A DNA stretch of 64,000 nt from Klebsiella phage vB_KpM_FBKp24, in the sequence record MW394391.1. One strand, given 5' to 3'. The notes beneath the pieces are model-generated. The model saw nothing but the letters and a program-made list of their open reading frames with translations. It ran no database searches and was not told where the DNA came from. A program made the position numbers and the translations under genes. Shown piece by piece: positions 37,732-46,954 of this stretch (positions are counted from its first letter, which is position 1; each line of letters opens with the position of its first letter).

Positions 37732-38082
37732 TTACAGTGAATGGAACCAACCTTCATTATCTGGTTCCGAAGAAAACTCAAAGTTCACAAACTCTTTCCC
37801 TTTTGCAAACTCTGCAAAGGTATCCGTACCAATCCAAAATCCCCGGCGTTTCAACTCATATTGGTCGCCATTTAAACGAAAAGATACTTTCCCTTCATTA
37901 GCGTCAAACTCCGCGTCAATCCATTCGCCATCAGTCATTCCTTTAAACGCAGACGTAAAACGAAAGAAGCCTGACTTATACAGACTACCGATTAGTTTCC
38001 CGCCTCGTGAATTACCAATATTTTTTGGCGTAGAAAGAAAACGAAGGTTGTTTAAATCTAACTTCATTTCCTCTCCCCTCAA
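37732..38082 (-). CDS. hypothetical protein (116 aa)
   Basis: ORF. Confidence 0.5.
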   Translation of the reverse strand: MRGEEMKLDLNNLRFLSTPKNIGNSRGGKLIGSLYKSGFFRFTSAFKGMTDGEWIDAEFDANEGKVSFRLNGDQYELKRRGFWIGTDTFAEFAKGKEFVNFEFSSEPDNEGWFHSL

Positions 38083-38405
38083 TCAAGAAACTCTATTGAA
38101 AAAGTCCCTTCTTCTCGATTATAACCCACGAAAAAACGGACACCATTGGCTTTCAAGATATTACTCAAGGCAACAACCGCGGTTGTCGAATCGTCGCGGC
38201 CAAACAACGGGTTTGAAATCGTATTCTGTAATTCCCAGAAAGGGTCACCCGATTTCTTTTTTCGTTTCCACCGAGAACGAAAGGTAACCGGTTGTTTTTG
38301 CCAAAGGTATAACGGTCCTTTATTCGTTTGGACTGTCAACGAACGAATAAAGGTTGCGTCCGTATATTCTTTGCCAAATAGAAACGTTTTTATTTTTTCC
38401 AACAT
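38079..38405 (-). CDS. hypothetical protein (108 aa)
   Basis: ORF. Confidence 0.5.
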   Translation of the reverse strand: MLEKIKTFLFGKEYTDATFIRSLTVQTNKGPLYLWQKQPVTFRSRWKRKKKSGDPFWELQNTISNPLFGRDDSTTAVVALSNILKANGVRFFVGYNREEGTFSIEFLD

Positions 38406-38639
38406 TTATAGCTCCTTAGAAACAGATTTCGTCAGTGTCTGAATTTGCTCCAGAACACAGAGGTCGTTTTGAATAGATTCGACACTGATACCGTAGAAAT
38501 GCGCTATTTCCTCAGTGCGCATTCCGTTCTTGACGCCTTGTTGAATGAGTTTAGCAATACTCGGATTTTCTATCTTTGCGAGTAGCGCGTCGAAGTTGTT
38601 GAGGTAATCCTTATACGCGTTACGATCCATTAGAAACAT
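38406..38639 (-). CDS. small HTH protein (sigma region-4 / GerE-like?) (77 aa)
   Basis: ..RTEEIAHFYGISVESIQNDL.. is helix-turn-helix-like. Confidence 0.35.
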   Translation of the reverse strand: MFLMDRNAYKDYLNNFDALLAKIENPSIAKLIQQGVKNGMRTEEIAHFYGISVESIQNDLCVLEQIQTLTKSVSKEL

Positions 38640-39009
38640 CCTTTAAACGGCTTCTGGCAATGTCAGACCAACCGTGTTCACGAAAAAGACGGTCTAAAGT
38701 GGCGCTATACTCGTTTATCTTTGCCTGCAGCTCAATAGCCTCTGCAATTTTAACAGGGTCGTCAGGAATCAGAAAATCTTCTCTGATCAAAAACCAACCA
38801 GATAGCCCCTCTATTTTGACGACGAGGGAGTCAGGTAGCCCGACTCTTTTAACTCCGGGTACCCGATCGACTTCTTTAAAAACTTTCGTTACAAAAGGCG
38901 TAATATTAATAGCCTTTATACCCGTCCAGGTTTTACCAATTTTTCTTACTTTGGAAATCGTATCAGTGACGATAACTTTGTTCATAATCTTTTCCTCTTT
39001 ACTCGCCAT
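38620..39009 (-). CDS. hypothetical protein (129 aa)
   Basis: ORF. Confidence 0.5.
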   Translation of the reverse strand: MASKEEKIMNKVIVTDTISKVRKIGKTWTGIKAINITPFVTKVFKEVDRVPGVKRVGLPDSLVVKIEGLSGWFLIREDFLIPDDPVKIAEAIELQAKINEYSATLDRLFREHGWSDIARSRLKDVSNGS

Positions 39010-39011
39010 TA

Positions 39012-39455
39012 CTATTTCCTCACCTGAATACTATTAACCCACTTCTCATCCTCAGTTATTGGATAGAACTCCGTCGTTTTAATTTTACCGATTAAAGATA
39101 ACCAACGTAAATACGTTTCATCATCTACAAATAAAACCGCATTTTTTCTTTGATTAAATTCATCAGGGATTACCCTACTAATCCCACGCGTAGGAAACGG
39201 AAGAGATTTGATTAACCGCCGTTGGTTAACTTCAATCTTTACTTGTTCTATACCTCGCGAAGCTTCGTCGACCGTTGGGATATAACCAGTTTCAGCCTGA
39301 ACAAACGGTTTTATTTCAGGGCGATCAAAGTATCTGAGGCGTTCTTGCTTCGTCCAGTTTACTTTTCGATCTAGAAAAGCAATAATCGATTTGTCAGTAA
39401 AACCGAGAATAAATCCTAATCTAGTGCAATGGCGTAAATTACCCAGATTTAACAT
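39012..39455 (-). CDS. hypothetical protein (147 aa)
   Basis: ORF. Confidence 0.5.
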   Translation of the reverse strand: MLNLGNLRHCTRLGFILGFTDKSIIAFLDRKVNWTKQERLRYFDRPEIKPFVQAETGYIPTVDEASRGIEQVKIEVNQRRLIKSLPFPTRGISRVIPDEFNQRKNAVLFVDDETYLRWLSLIGKIKTTEFYPITEDEKWVNSIQVRK

Positions 39456-40453
39456 TACACCTCCTTATTCAACCCAGAAACGATAGTGGCGCGGATCCAT
39501 TTGAATTTCAGCTTTCGTACCCCGTTGACAACAGGACCGACCCAATACCCATGCCAATGGGCACGGCGAATATGCGCTGCTCTTCCGTAAGTCTTTTGTC
39601 CTTTCTTTCGCTTCTCCATTTCTTCCAGGTAATCAAACCCTACTGGAAACTTACGATGCGCATTCAGGAAACGCAAGCTGTAGTGTTTACCCGAACGTTT
39701 CATTTTGGTTAAACGAAAGGTGTTACGGAAATCAGCAGCGTCTTGCTGGTCATATTCCTGCGCGACGAATAAAGCCACATTTAACAGCTTCGTGTACGTT
39801 TCACGATAACCGTCACGCATGAGAATACCTGCCGCCTCTTCTGCGTCAAGGTTGTGCTCCTTCGCAGCACGAACAATCGTAGGGTCAGAAGCAATGACTT
39901 CTTCCAACGTCAACCCTTCATCGAACGGAAAGAAGAGCGTTTGCGGGAATCCACCGTCGTTATACGGGTAGACGATAGTCAACCCTTCTTTCCCGCTCCA
40001 ATGTGTAACCGTGGAGAGGAAAATCCCTTCAATGAGCGGTTCCTCCGGGAGTGGGTGCTTGATAGGGCAAGCTGAAAGGTCGACGTACCCCGTCCAATGA
40101 GGAATGGTTTTCAGAACGGTTAGCGGCAATTTACCGTTGAACTCGGAGTCCAGCACATCTGCCAATAATTCAGAAGGGATTTGATATTCCGGTTTCGTGA
40201 TTTGCCAGCAGTAGGTCATACTCGCGTGCCAGAACATTTCCCGGTAGTATGGATTACTGAAATCGATTCCCTTTGGGAACCCTTTATTTTCACCCCATAT
40301 TTCCAATGGGTAAAAATACGGTGGGATTTCCCCTTTCGTTTCCGTAAGGATGCGATTGAAGAAATCTTTTGCGTCCCACGCCCTCAAGCGCGGGAGTAAG
40401 GTTTTTTCTACGGTTTCAAGAATGTTCACGGAATCTTTTCTCCATTCCTTCAT
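39455..40453 (-). CDS. hypothetical protein (332 aa)
   Basis: ORF. Confidence 0.55.
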   Translation of the reverse strand: MKEWRKDSVNILETVEKTLLPRLRAWDAKDFFNRILTETKGEIPPYFYPLEIWGENKGFPKGIDFSNPYYREMFWHASMTYCWQITKPEYQIPSELLADVLDSEFNGKLPLTVLKTIPHWTGYVDLSACPIKHPLPEEPLIEGIFLSTVTHWSGKEGLTIVYPYNDGGFPQTLFFPFDEGLTLEEVIASDPTIVRAAKEHNLDAEEAAGILMRDGYRETYTKLLNVALFVAQEYDQQDAADFRNTFRLTKMKRSGKHYSLRFLNAHRKFPVGFDYLEEMEKRKKGQKTYGRAAHIRRAHWHGYWVGPVVNGVRKLKFKWIRATIVSGLNKEV

Positions 40454-40979
40454 CTACGTGCCAACAAAACAGAGAGAAAAAATGCTCTTCCATAGATTGC
40501 GGCAATAATGAGAAATTAGCGGGAGTGACGATATTGTATTTTTTCTTGTTCGATAGAGCGACGATAAAATGACTCTTGGTAACTCTAACCGAAACAATCT
40601 CGTGGCCATACATCTTATTAATTTGTTTGCCATCTCTTATTCGGAGCCCGACAATTCCTTGCCCTATGCGTAATCCATTTTTAGAGGAAGGAACAATCCA
40701 GTCCCCTTGACGATTTTTGAAGAAATTCCACCAAAGACTCACCGGGATAAACCAATGAGCATCTTTAAGATTTCTTCCCGTATGATAAGAGATAGCCTCG
40801 TACATTTCCTTTTGCGTTAAAGTCGTCCCCTCTTGGTCAGGGGTATTTATTTTTACTCCCATTTTTTCAGAGTAAACAAACATGATGATAGAGTTATCGC
40901 GAAGAAATAAATTTTCGCTTACCCACTTACCATACTCTATCTCTAACTCAAGAACTTTTTCTGCTGTACTCTTTTCCAT
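40416..40979 (-). CDS. hypothetical protein (187 aa)
   Basis: ORF. Confidence 0.5.
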   Translation of the reverse strand: MEKSTAEKVLELEIEYGKWVSENLFLRDNSIIMFVYSEKMGVKINTPDQEGTTLTQKEMYEAISYHTGRNLKDAHWFIPVSLWWNFFKNRQGDWIVPSSKNGLRIGQGIVGLRIRDGKQINKMYGHEIVSVRVTKSHFIVALSNKKKYNIVTPANFSLLPQSMEEHFFSLFCWHVDEGMEKRFREHS

Positions 40980-41005
40980 TTTTTACCCGATCAGTGCTAA
41001 TTACA

Positions 41006-41194
41006 TTAGACGTCTAACGTGGGGTTCCACCAAGTAGCAAGTCTGTCCAAATCTTTGACCACTTTGGCAGCCTGCCTTGCCGGGATACGGTACTTTCTGG
41101 CTACCCGGCGTTTTGCGCTTTGTACAGTAGTCATGCAGGTGGAAAGGTCGTAGGTGACCAAGTTATCTATTTTCTTGCGTAAAGATTCTTTCAT
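41006..41194 (-). CDS. hypothetical protein (62 aa)
   Basis: ORF. Confidence 0.35.
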   Translation of the reverse strand: MKESLRKKIDNLVTYDLSTCMTTVQSAKRRVARKYRIPARQAAKVVKDLDRLATWWNPTLDV

Positions 41195-41210
41195 TTTATT
41201 ACTCCTTTAA

Positions 41211-41486
41211 TCATTTATCGTTAATGATAACGAATGGATCATTACTTTTTTCTAATACTTGCTTACGTGTGTATAGCGTGGGATCGAAGTTAGACACCGA
41301 TACGTATACGCCGTTGCCGAAATCGGCATAGCAGCCATCACTGTAAATAACCTCTACATCACTGTATAACTTTGCGCGAAGTTTACATTGCTCGATTTCT
41401 TTTTCTTTCTTCGCGGACAATAGATACGGAGTGAATCCTAGCATCACAACAACAGCTACCCCTAAGAAAATAATTAATTTATTCAT
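41211..41486 (-). CDS. membrane-anchored/secreted protein (91 aa)
   Basis: N-terminal TM segment MNKLIIFLGVAVVVMLGF. Confidence 0.45.
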   Translation of the reverse strand: MNKLIIFLGVAVVVMLGFTPYLLSAKKEKEIEQCKLRAKLYSDVEVIYSDGCYADFGNGVYVSVSNFDPTLYTRKQVLEKSNDPFVIINDK

Positions 41487-41746
41487 TACATTTTTCCTTT
41501 AATGGTTTGGTATAACCGATCGAGGTTGTCACTGATGAGTTTCCCACGCGAAATAGTAATCGGCTTAGTCCTTGAATCGTAAAAGGTTATTTCTAATACG
41601 ACGAACGGAATCGTCCCGAGCCGCCCTTTAAAACTACGGTCTACAATAGACCGCCGAATCGTTTTAATATCGCGAATGAATAAGCAATAATAATTTTCTC
41701 CGTCAGTAATATCCACTTTCCCATTAAGTACCGTAAAGTTTGGCAT
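41486..41746 (-). CDS. hypothetical protein (86 aa)
   Basis: ORF. Confidence 0.45.
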   Translation of the reverse strand: MPNFTVLNGKVDITDGENYYCLFIRDIKTIRRSIVDRSFKGRLGTIPFVVLEITFYDSRTKPITISRGKLISDNLDRLYQTIKGKM

Positions 41747-41755
41747 AGTTTTCTC

Positions 41756-42079
41756 TTAGTGAAATAATTCGATTAAAGGAACGGTAACAGACAGAGTTTT
41801 TTTCGGTTTATTTCTGTGGTTTCCAACGCCAAAAGCCCTTAGTTTAACGCTGTCTTCCGTGTGGAAACGAAGCGACTGTAAATCCAGTAACATTCTTTCG
41901 ACAGCCCGCTCATTAGCTCTCGACCAAGTCAGAGTCGCAACGGTCTGACCGTTAAGAAGAGTTTCAAGACAAACTTGGTAAGAGTATTCCTTTTTTATAT
42001 TTTCTTTAACTATTTGCTCAATAGCGACTATCAGCCCCTGAAAAGCAGGAACCTCTTCTAAGCGAGGAACGCGTTTCAA
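41756..42079 (-). CDS. hypothetical protein (107 aa)
   Basis: ORF. Confidence 0.45.
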   Translation of the reverse strand: MKRVPRLEEVPAFQGLIVAIEQIVKENIKKEYSYQVCLETLLNGQTVATLTWSRANERAVERMLLDLQSLRFHTEDSVKLRAFGVGNHRNKPKKTLSVTVPLIELFH

Positions 42080-42081
42080 GC

Positions 42082-42588
42082 TTAACCTCCGTAACTGTTA
42101 TCGAAACCAAAAGACGTCCCCTCGATAACGAGAATGACTTTACTTTCCGGCGGATAAATAACATCCAGCGCCGATCTGATTTCTTCGTTCACGTTAAATC
42201 TGGCTTTAATGCAACCACAGATATTTTTCATTAATTCCTTACTTTTATTTTCATTGAGCATAATTCGAACAATGAGATCGGCGTCATCGTCAATAGATGC
42301 TTGCGTCTCAATCCCATCGGTTTCCACGTTATATTCGAAGCGAACGTTGTCCGCCGAAACGTTATGAACACTAAAACCTTCTGGTACCGTATGGTATTCT
42401 ACGCCAGACGAAATTAGCGCGACAATTTTCTCGATTTCATTGCGAGAGATTTTACAAACTTCCGCCTTTAAACGCTCAATGGCTTCTTTTTCACTGTTTC
42501 GGTGTTTTTGAATAGCGTCAAGAGCCATAGGGGAAGAAACGAAACTTTTGATCACTTCTGCGATTTTTGACGGTTCAGTGGATTTCAT
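42082..42588 (-). CDS. hypothetical protein (168 aa)
   Basis: ORF. Confidence 0.5.
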   Translation of the reverse strand: MKSTEPSKIAEVIKSFVSSPMALDAIQKHRNSEKEAIERLKAEVCKISRNEIEKIVALISSGVEYHTVPEGFSVHNVSADNVRFEYNVETDGIETQASIDDDADLIVRIMLNENKSKELMKNICGCIKARFNVNEEIRSALDVIYPPESKVILVIEGTSFGFDNSYGG

Positions 42589-42651
42589 GATATTTTTCCT
42601 TTTGTTGATTTCAGAACAATTAAAGAGTGAATGTTTTTCTACTTCATTAAG

Positions 42652-42660
42652 GTGATATAG
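42652..42660 (-). promoter_or_regulatory. GTGATATAG motif copy
   Basis: On the minus strand it sits ~30 nt after the terminator and ~65 nt upstream of ATG 42588. Confidence 0.35.
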
Positions 42661-42690
42661 ACTTTAAATGTAATCGAAACAAAAAATAAA

Positions 42691-42716
42691 AGAGGGGCAT
42701 CTGCCCCTCTTTTATA
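42691..42716 (-). terminator. rho-independent terminator
   Basis: AGAGGGGC-ATCT-GCCCCTCT flanked by A/T runs. Confidence 0.75.
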
Positions 42717-42724
42717 GCGTTACC

Positions 42725-44029
42725 TTAGTTCAGTTTCCTGCGCTCCTGTACGACAATCTCCCCTTCTTTCAGGTAGATTTTCTTACGCGGTTTACGCAGG
42801 GCTTTCGCCAGCGAGATGTTTTCTGAAGGCGTGACTTCGAAAGCCGGGAGTCCAGCAGCAGCGCGAGCCTCAATGGCTTCCATCGGTGTAAGCAGACGGA
42901 AATGTAATGGTTCCCCCATGTAATGACGACCATCACGCATTAACGCCGGTTCGATCTGAGTTTTGTCAGTCAGGTTAGTGGTGATGATCATTTTACGTGT
43001 AATAGCGCTTCCTACGCCATCGGTTTCGTTCAGCAGTTCAGCCATCATTTCGTTACCATGGCTACGTGGTGCGATCAGAAGATCACCGTCTTCTACGATA
43101 ATCACCGGGAATGCGGGTTCTTTCCTTTTTACCCCAATTTCTACAGTGGGAAGATTAGGTTGAGTTGCCATCTGGTCAAATATTTTACGCTCTTTAAACA
43201 AAACATCGCGGCCTGCGCCGTTAATGACCTGCGCTTTCTCCATGTAATTGTCACTGAAGTTGAAGATAGAAGAAATGAAATCTTTGTATTCGATCACTTC
43301 CTTTTTCTTCACGTAGATCGGCATGAGATTCAGCGCTGTGGCCGCAGAAGAAATAGCCGTGGATTTCCCGGTACCGGGTTCGCCCATCAGGATCAGTACT
43401 GTTTCATCGGAAGCGATAAAGTCTTCGATGAGGTTAACAATCCCACCGTCAAGGTAGGGGTAAAATGCGTTGTGAGTATGGCCAGAGTGCTGAATTTCCT
43501 TTTTCTTCAACCCCAATCCCTCACCAAACATATTTTTCTCAATGACGGTCTCGTAATAGTAACGACTGTCGTCTTTTGGCGGCTCCGTCGTGTCAAGTTT
43601 GATGTTTTCACGGACAGCCGCCCATAAGGCGTCATAGAGATCTTTTGACAGAATACCAGAGAATTGCAGTAGCGTCTTCTCCCCGCCAAGCACACGAAGA
43701 AAACCGACAGGGCGATTGTAGCGGTCCAACGCGATAAACTGGTCGTCGTCGTACTGAAAGAAACCGTGTTTTTCCAGGAATACGGAAACCCACTGTGTTT
43801 CCGAGAAGTAGTGGATAGACGCGTTTATGTAGTCGCTGGAATCAAGACCAAAAATTGGTAATTGATTGGCGGCCAGAAAGTGACGCACCATATTTTTTGG
43901 AGAGAGCTCATCATTATCGTTGCCGACCAATGCAGCGAATGCATCATAAGCCTCAGCGAATGAATCAAAAACGTCATTCAGTAATTTGTGAGAGCGAGTG
44001 AGATTTGCTACAGCATTAGAATAAGACAT
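42725..44029 (-). CDS. AAA+ ATPase (BCS1-like family)
   Basis: Walker A GEPGTGKST and second region of homology ITTN..EPALMRDGR. Confidence 0.75.
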   Translation of the reverse strand: MSYSNAVANLTRSHKLLNDVFDSFAEAYDAFAALVGNDNDELSPKNMVRHFLAANQLPIFGLDSSDYINASIHYFSETQWVSVFLEKHGFFQYDDDQFIALDRYNRPVGFLRVLGGEKTLLQFSGILSKDLYDALWAAVRENIKLDTTEPPKDDSRYYYETVIEKNMFGEGLGLKKKEIQHSGHTHNAFYPYLDGGIVNLIEDFIASDETVLILMGEPGTGKSTAISSAATALNLMPIYVKKKEVIEYKDFISSIFNFSDNYMEKAQVINGAGRDVLFKERKIFDQMATQPNLPTVEIGVKRKEPAFPVIIVEDGDLLIAPRSHGNEMMAELLNETDGVGSAITRKMIITTNLTDKTQIEPALMRDGRHYMGEPLHFRLLTPMEAIEARAAAGLPAFEVTPSENISLAKALRKPRKKIYLKEGEIVVQERRKLN

Positions 44030-44085
44030 TTCGATTCCTCATTAAGTTAGTGAAAAATGAACTTTATGTTCGTTGTATCAATGCA

Positions 44086-44097
44086 GTGATATATAAG
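44086..44097 (-). promoter_or_regulatory. GTGATATATAAG motif copy
   Basis: After the terminator and ~55 nt upstream of ATG 44029. Confidence 0.35.
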
Positions 44098-44119
44098 CAA
44101 AAATATTTTCAAAATATAA

Positions 44120-44144
44120 GATGGAGAGGCAACGCCTCTCCATC
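44120..44144 (-). terminator. rho-independent terminator
   Basis: GATGGAGAGGC-AAC-GCCTCTCCATC. T-rich on the minus side. Confidence 0.7.
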
Positions 44145-44146
44145 GA

Positions 44147-44497
44147 TCAGTGAAAATATTGATAAGACCAAAACCCCAACCATACTGAGGCCATCACCAA
44201 AGTAAAAACATTTAGCATTACGCCAAGCATAGTTGCAAAAGTATTTTTCTGGTAATGACGACGGCGTATTAAGTACCCGGGGTAATAGAGCACCCAAAAG
44301 AAACTCGGCGAGTTACCAGTTTTATTCCCTAAAACAAATTTATCCATCGCTATCAGATAAGTCATCCAGAAGAAATAAATGACAGACATCAACCAAAGCG
44401 AATTAAACGGCCAAAAGGTAACGATGGGATGATAGGCCCAGAGAAAATAATAACCGAAGGTGAGCAGGTAGCCGAGCAGGAAAAAGAAATTCTTCAT
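44147..44497 (-). CDS. membrane protein (116 aa; start re-assigned to MKNFFFLLGY)
   Basis: Four TM segments. The internal start gives a 4-nt overlap with the upstream gene. Confidence 0.5.
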   Translation of the reverse strand: MKNFFFLLGYLLTFGYYFLWAYHPIVTFWPFNSLWLMSVIYFFWMTYLIAMDKFVLGNKTGNSPSFFWVLYYPGYLIRRRHYQKNTFATMLGVMLNVFTLVMASVWLGFWSYQYFH

Positions 44498-44961
44498 TGC
44501 AGGCACTGCGTAGAAAAACCGCGAAGGAAGCGAAAGATATCTTCCCGGGATTTCAGATCGGTTAACTCTTGCCATGGCGCTTCTTTCCAGAACTGAACTG
44601 AAAGCGAGTAGCGATTGATGCAACCCGCGTAACTGTCAACGTAAACGTTTAAACGGATAGCGAAGATACTGGAGAGTCGCGGAGTTTTGATTGGTAAACG
44701 AATGACAAAATTAGCGTAGGTGCCGCTGATCGACTCGAGAAAAGTTTCCGAGAAAAATTCCAGCTTCGGAAAATAATGCGGGTCGATATAAGGAGCTTTC
44801 AGAATATTGTTGCCGCCGCCCAACCAGTTTGCGGTATCTTTCAGGGACCGCAAGAACAGTTGTTTATTCCGTTCAGGAAAATCAGGGCGGTCCAATTTAA
44901 CGAACCCTAATAATTCTTTACCAAGAACAACTTTTGTATCAAATTTCATTATTTTCTCCAA
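44494..44961 (-). CDS. hypothetical protein (155 aa)
   Basis: ORF. Confidence 0.5.
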   Translation of the reverse strand: MEKIMKFDTKVVLGKELLGFVKLDRPDFPERNKQLFLRSLKDTANWLGGGNNILKAPYIDPHYFPKLEFFSETFLESISGTYANFVIRLPIKTPRLSSIFAIRLNVYVDSYAGCINRYSLSVQFWKEAPWQELTDLKSREDIFRFLRGFSTQCLQ

Positions 44962-45257
44962 ATTAAGGGAATTGTAAACCTAGAAGGGATTTTGCGATGT
45001 TTGAGTTTAGCTTTGGCTTTACCTGAGCAAATTACCTCTAGCTCAAAACTTTCAGGTAAGAGAAGGTCCATTCGTTTAACTTTCTCGACTAGACCTTTCA
45101 CTGAGACCGGATCGCATGAAGCAATGACTCCCCCACCAATGGCCCTGTTATCTAGCAATAAATTACTTTGTAGTTTGATAGGGTCTAAAATACTCTGTAC
45201 ATCTATTACCCATTTTTCAAGGCCGGGTATTTCATGATAGTTGGGGAGCGTTTTCAT
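44949..45257 (-). CDS. hypothetical protein (102 aa)
   Basis: ORF. Confidence 0.45.
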   Translation of the reverse strand: MKTLPNYHEIPGLEKWVIDVQSILDPIKLQSNLLLDNRAIGGGVIASCDPVSVKGLVEKVKRMDLLLPESFELEVICSGKAKAKLKHRKIPSRFTIPLIWRK

Positions 45258-45260
45258 TTT

Positions 45261-46952
45261 TTATTCCTTTGGTTTTTTACCGGTGATGCGCAATGTGACA
45301 GGTTGCCAAATACCGCGTTCGGTGGCAGCGTGTTCTGCGCGTTGTAGAATAGCCGCTGTATCTGGCCATTCTGTAATAACAGGAAGAACTTCTTTGAGAG
45401 GGATGTCCATTTTCAGTTCATCTCCCTCAAACCACGCTTCACTGTTATCCGCTAACCATTCCGAATTATCAATGGTAACAGCGATTTTTTGATCCGCTTT
45501 TCGAGCAAGGTTATCCACGAGGATGTCGGCATATCCGGTAAGGAGTTCGCGGTTTTTCACCGACTCTTCGGAACTGAAAACTCGCCCAGAATGAATCGAC
45601 CAGAACTCCGCGCCAAAGTGGGCGTATCCGCTAACCTTACGCTCTCCTTTGAGGCCGGACGAACCAAAGAAGCGAATAGCCGGGGAACTTAAAAAAGCTC
45701 GCCAGCGCATTGCATCGCGTAAAAGGTCGGTAGAAAGCGGCTTTAATTTAAAACCATCGGGGTCTTTAACATACTCGCCATCTAACGTCTGGCGGAAGTA
45801 TTCGATGTCTTGTTCGGTTAAAGGTCTGAGAGTTACTGCGCCGCCGCCGTTCTTCAGATCAACGACAAGTTTACCATCTTCCTTAGAGAGGGCTCCGGTT
45901 CCTGGATCAAACCCATAAATTACCGGCGCAGGAGAATTGTCTTTCTCCGCCCGCAAAGCACGATTTTCCGATTGCTTTTGAGTCAACCGGTCATCCGTTG
46001 CTTCTTTCTCCAGCTCTGCCAAAGACTCTCTAGCTTGTCGTTGACGGGCCAACTCTTCACGGATAAACCCCTGAAGTTCCTCTGACGTTTCTGTTAGCGA
46101 GATAACGTAGTGATCGTTCTTACTGGGGGTATCCTTCAGATAAAATCCTAGCGGGTTATTAAATTCGTTATGAAAAATAACCGATATGGTGTCACCAACA
46201 GATTTAACACTGATTTCCTTAATCGGTCCGTAATAATCCTGACCGTTCAGCGTTTCATAAAGCGACCGAATTTCATCCTCAATATCTTCATTGAGTTGTG
46301 CTTTAGGGTAAGGAGCAGTCATTCCCGGCTCCATTATTCCCCAGTCCCACTCTACGATCTCTTTTATTTCCCGAGGTACTCTATTGGACAAGTTGTTCTG
46401 TAACGATCTGATTGATTCTTCAGTCGCCAAAATAACATGGTCGCTACCGGGGAGGATTACCCCTGCGCGACCTTCTAAACCCAGGTAATCTTTTACCAGT
46501 CTACGTGTGTCGAGGGTAAATGAATTTGGCCCGCATTCGATAATCGGGTTAAAACCCACAGCGCTGATCTTTCTGCGAAGGTCAGCGAGTTCCTGGGCCA
46601 TCCGGCGTACTTCGTACATGAAAACAGTACACCCTTCCGGTTGAGTGGGAAGTGTTTGGTAGTATTCAATACGGCTCAGGGGGAGTTGGTCTTGTTTGTC
46701 CATTTCAACCTCAGTGAGTTTGTCTAATAATGCGATTTCGTTGTAAGCACCAAATACAGTCTCAAGACCATATTTGAACTCATGAATTTGGTCGATAGGT
46801 AGTTTGCCGTAAAAGATATAATCGATATCGTTTTTCGGTTCGCAGATAATCCCACCTAACGCCTCAATGCGTTTAGCGTATTGCTCACGGGTAAAACGAC
46901 TAAACTCACCGACGAGCGCAATGTTCATCTTCTCTAAGCTTTCACCTGACAT
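45261..46952 (-). CDS. large hypothetical protein with a BRCT-like N-terminus, adjacent to rtcB (563 aa)
   Basis: N-terminal IALVGEFSRFTREQYAKRIEALGG is a BRCT-like pattern. Internal KEDG tetrapeptide. Its stop abuts the rtcB start. Confidence 0.55.
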   Translation of the reverse strand: MSGESLEKMNIALVGEFSRFTREQYAKRIEALGGIICEPKNDIDYIFYGKLPIDQIHEFKYGLETVFGAYNEIALLDKLTEVEMDKQDQLPLSRIEYYQTLPTQPEGCTVFMYEVRRMAQELADLRRKISAVGFNPIIECGPNSFTLDTRRLVKDYLGLEGRAGVILPGSDHVILATEESIRSLQNNLSNRVPREIKEIVEWDWGIMEPGMTAPYPKAQLNEDIEDEIRSLYETLNGQDYYGPIKEISVKSVGDTISVIFHNEFNNPLGFYLKDTPSKNDHYVISLTETSEELQGFIREELARQRQARESLAELEKEATDDRLTQKQSENRALRAEKDNSPAPVIYGFDPGTGALSKEDGKLVVDLKNGGGAVTLRPLTEQDIEYFRQTLDGEYVKDPDGFKLKPLSTDLLRDAMRWRAFLSSPAIRFFGSSGLKGERKVSGYAHFGAEFWSIHSGRVFSSEESVKNRELLTGYADILVDNLARKADQKIAVTIDNSEWLADNSEAWFEGDELKMDIPLKEVLPVITEWPDTAAILQRAEHAATERGIWQPVTLRITGKKPKE

Positions 46953-46954
46953 TT

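Noticed and set aside
37418-38287. 289-aa plus-strand ORF
   Set aside because: Ser-rich antisense reading across three minus-strand genes.
43058-43627. 189-aa plus-strand ORF
   Set aside because: Antisense to the AAA+ ATPase gene.
46200-46230. KEDG in 45261..46952 as proof of an Rnl1-type ligase
   Set aside because: A four-residue match without motifs III-V. It is mentioned only as a hypothesis.
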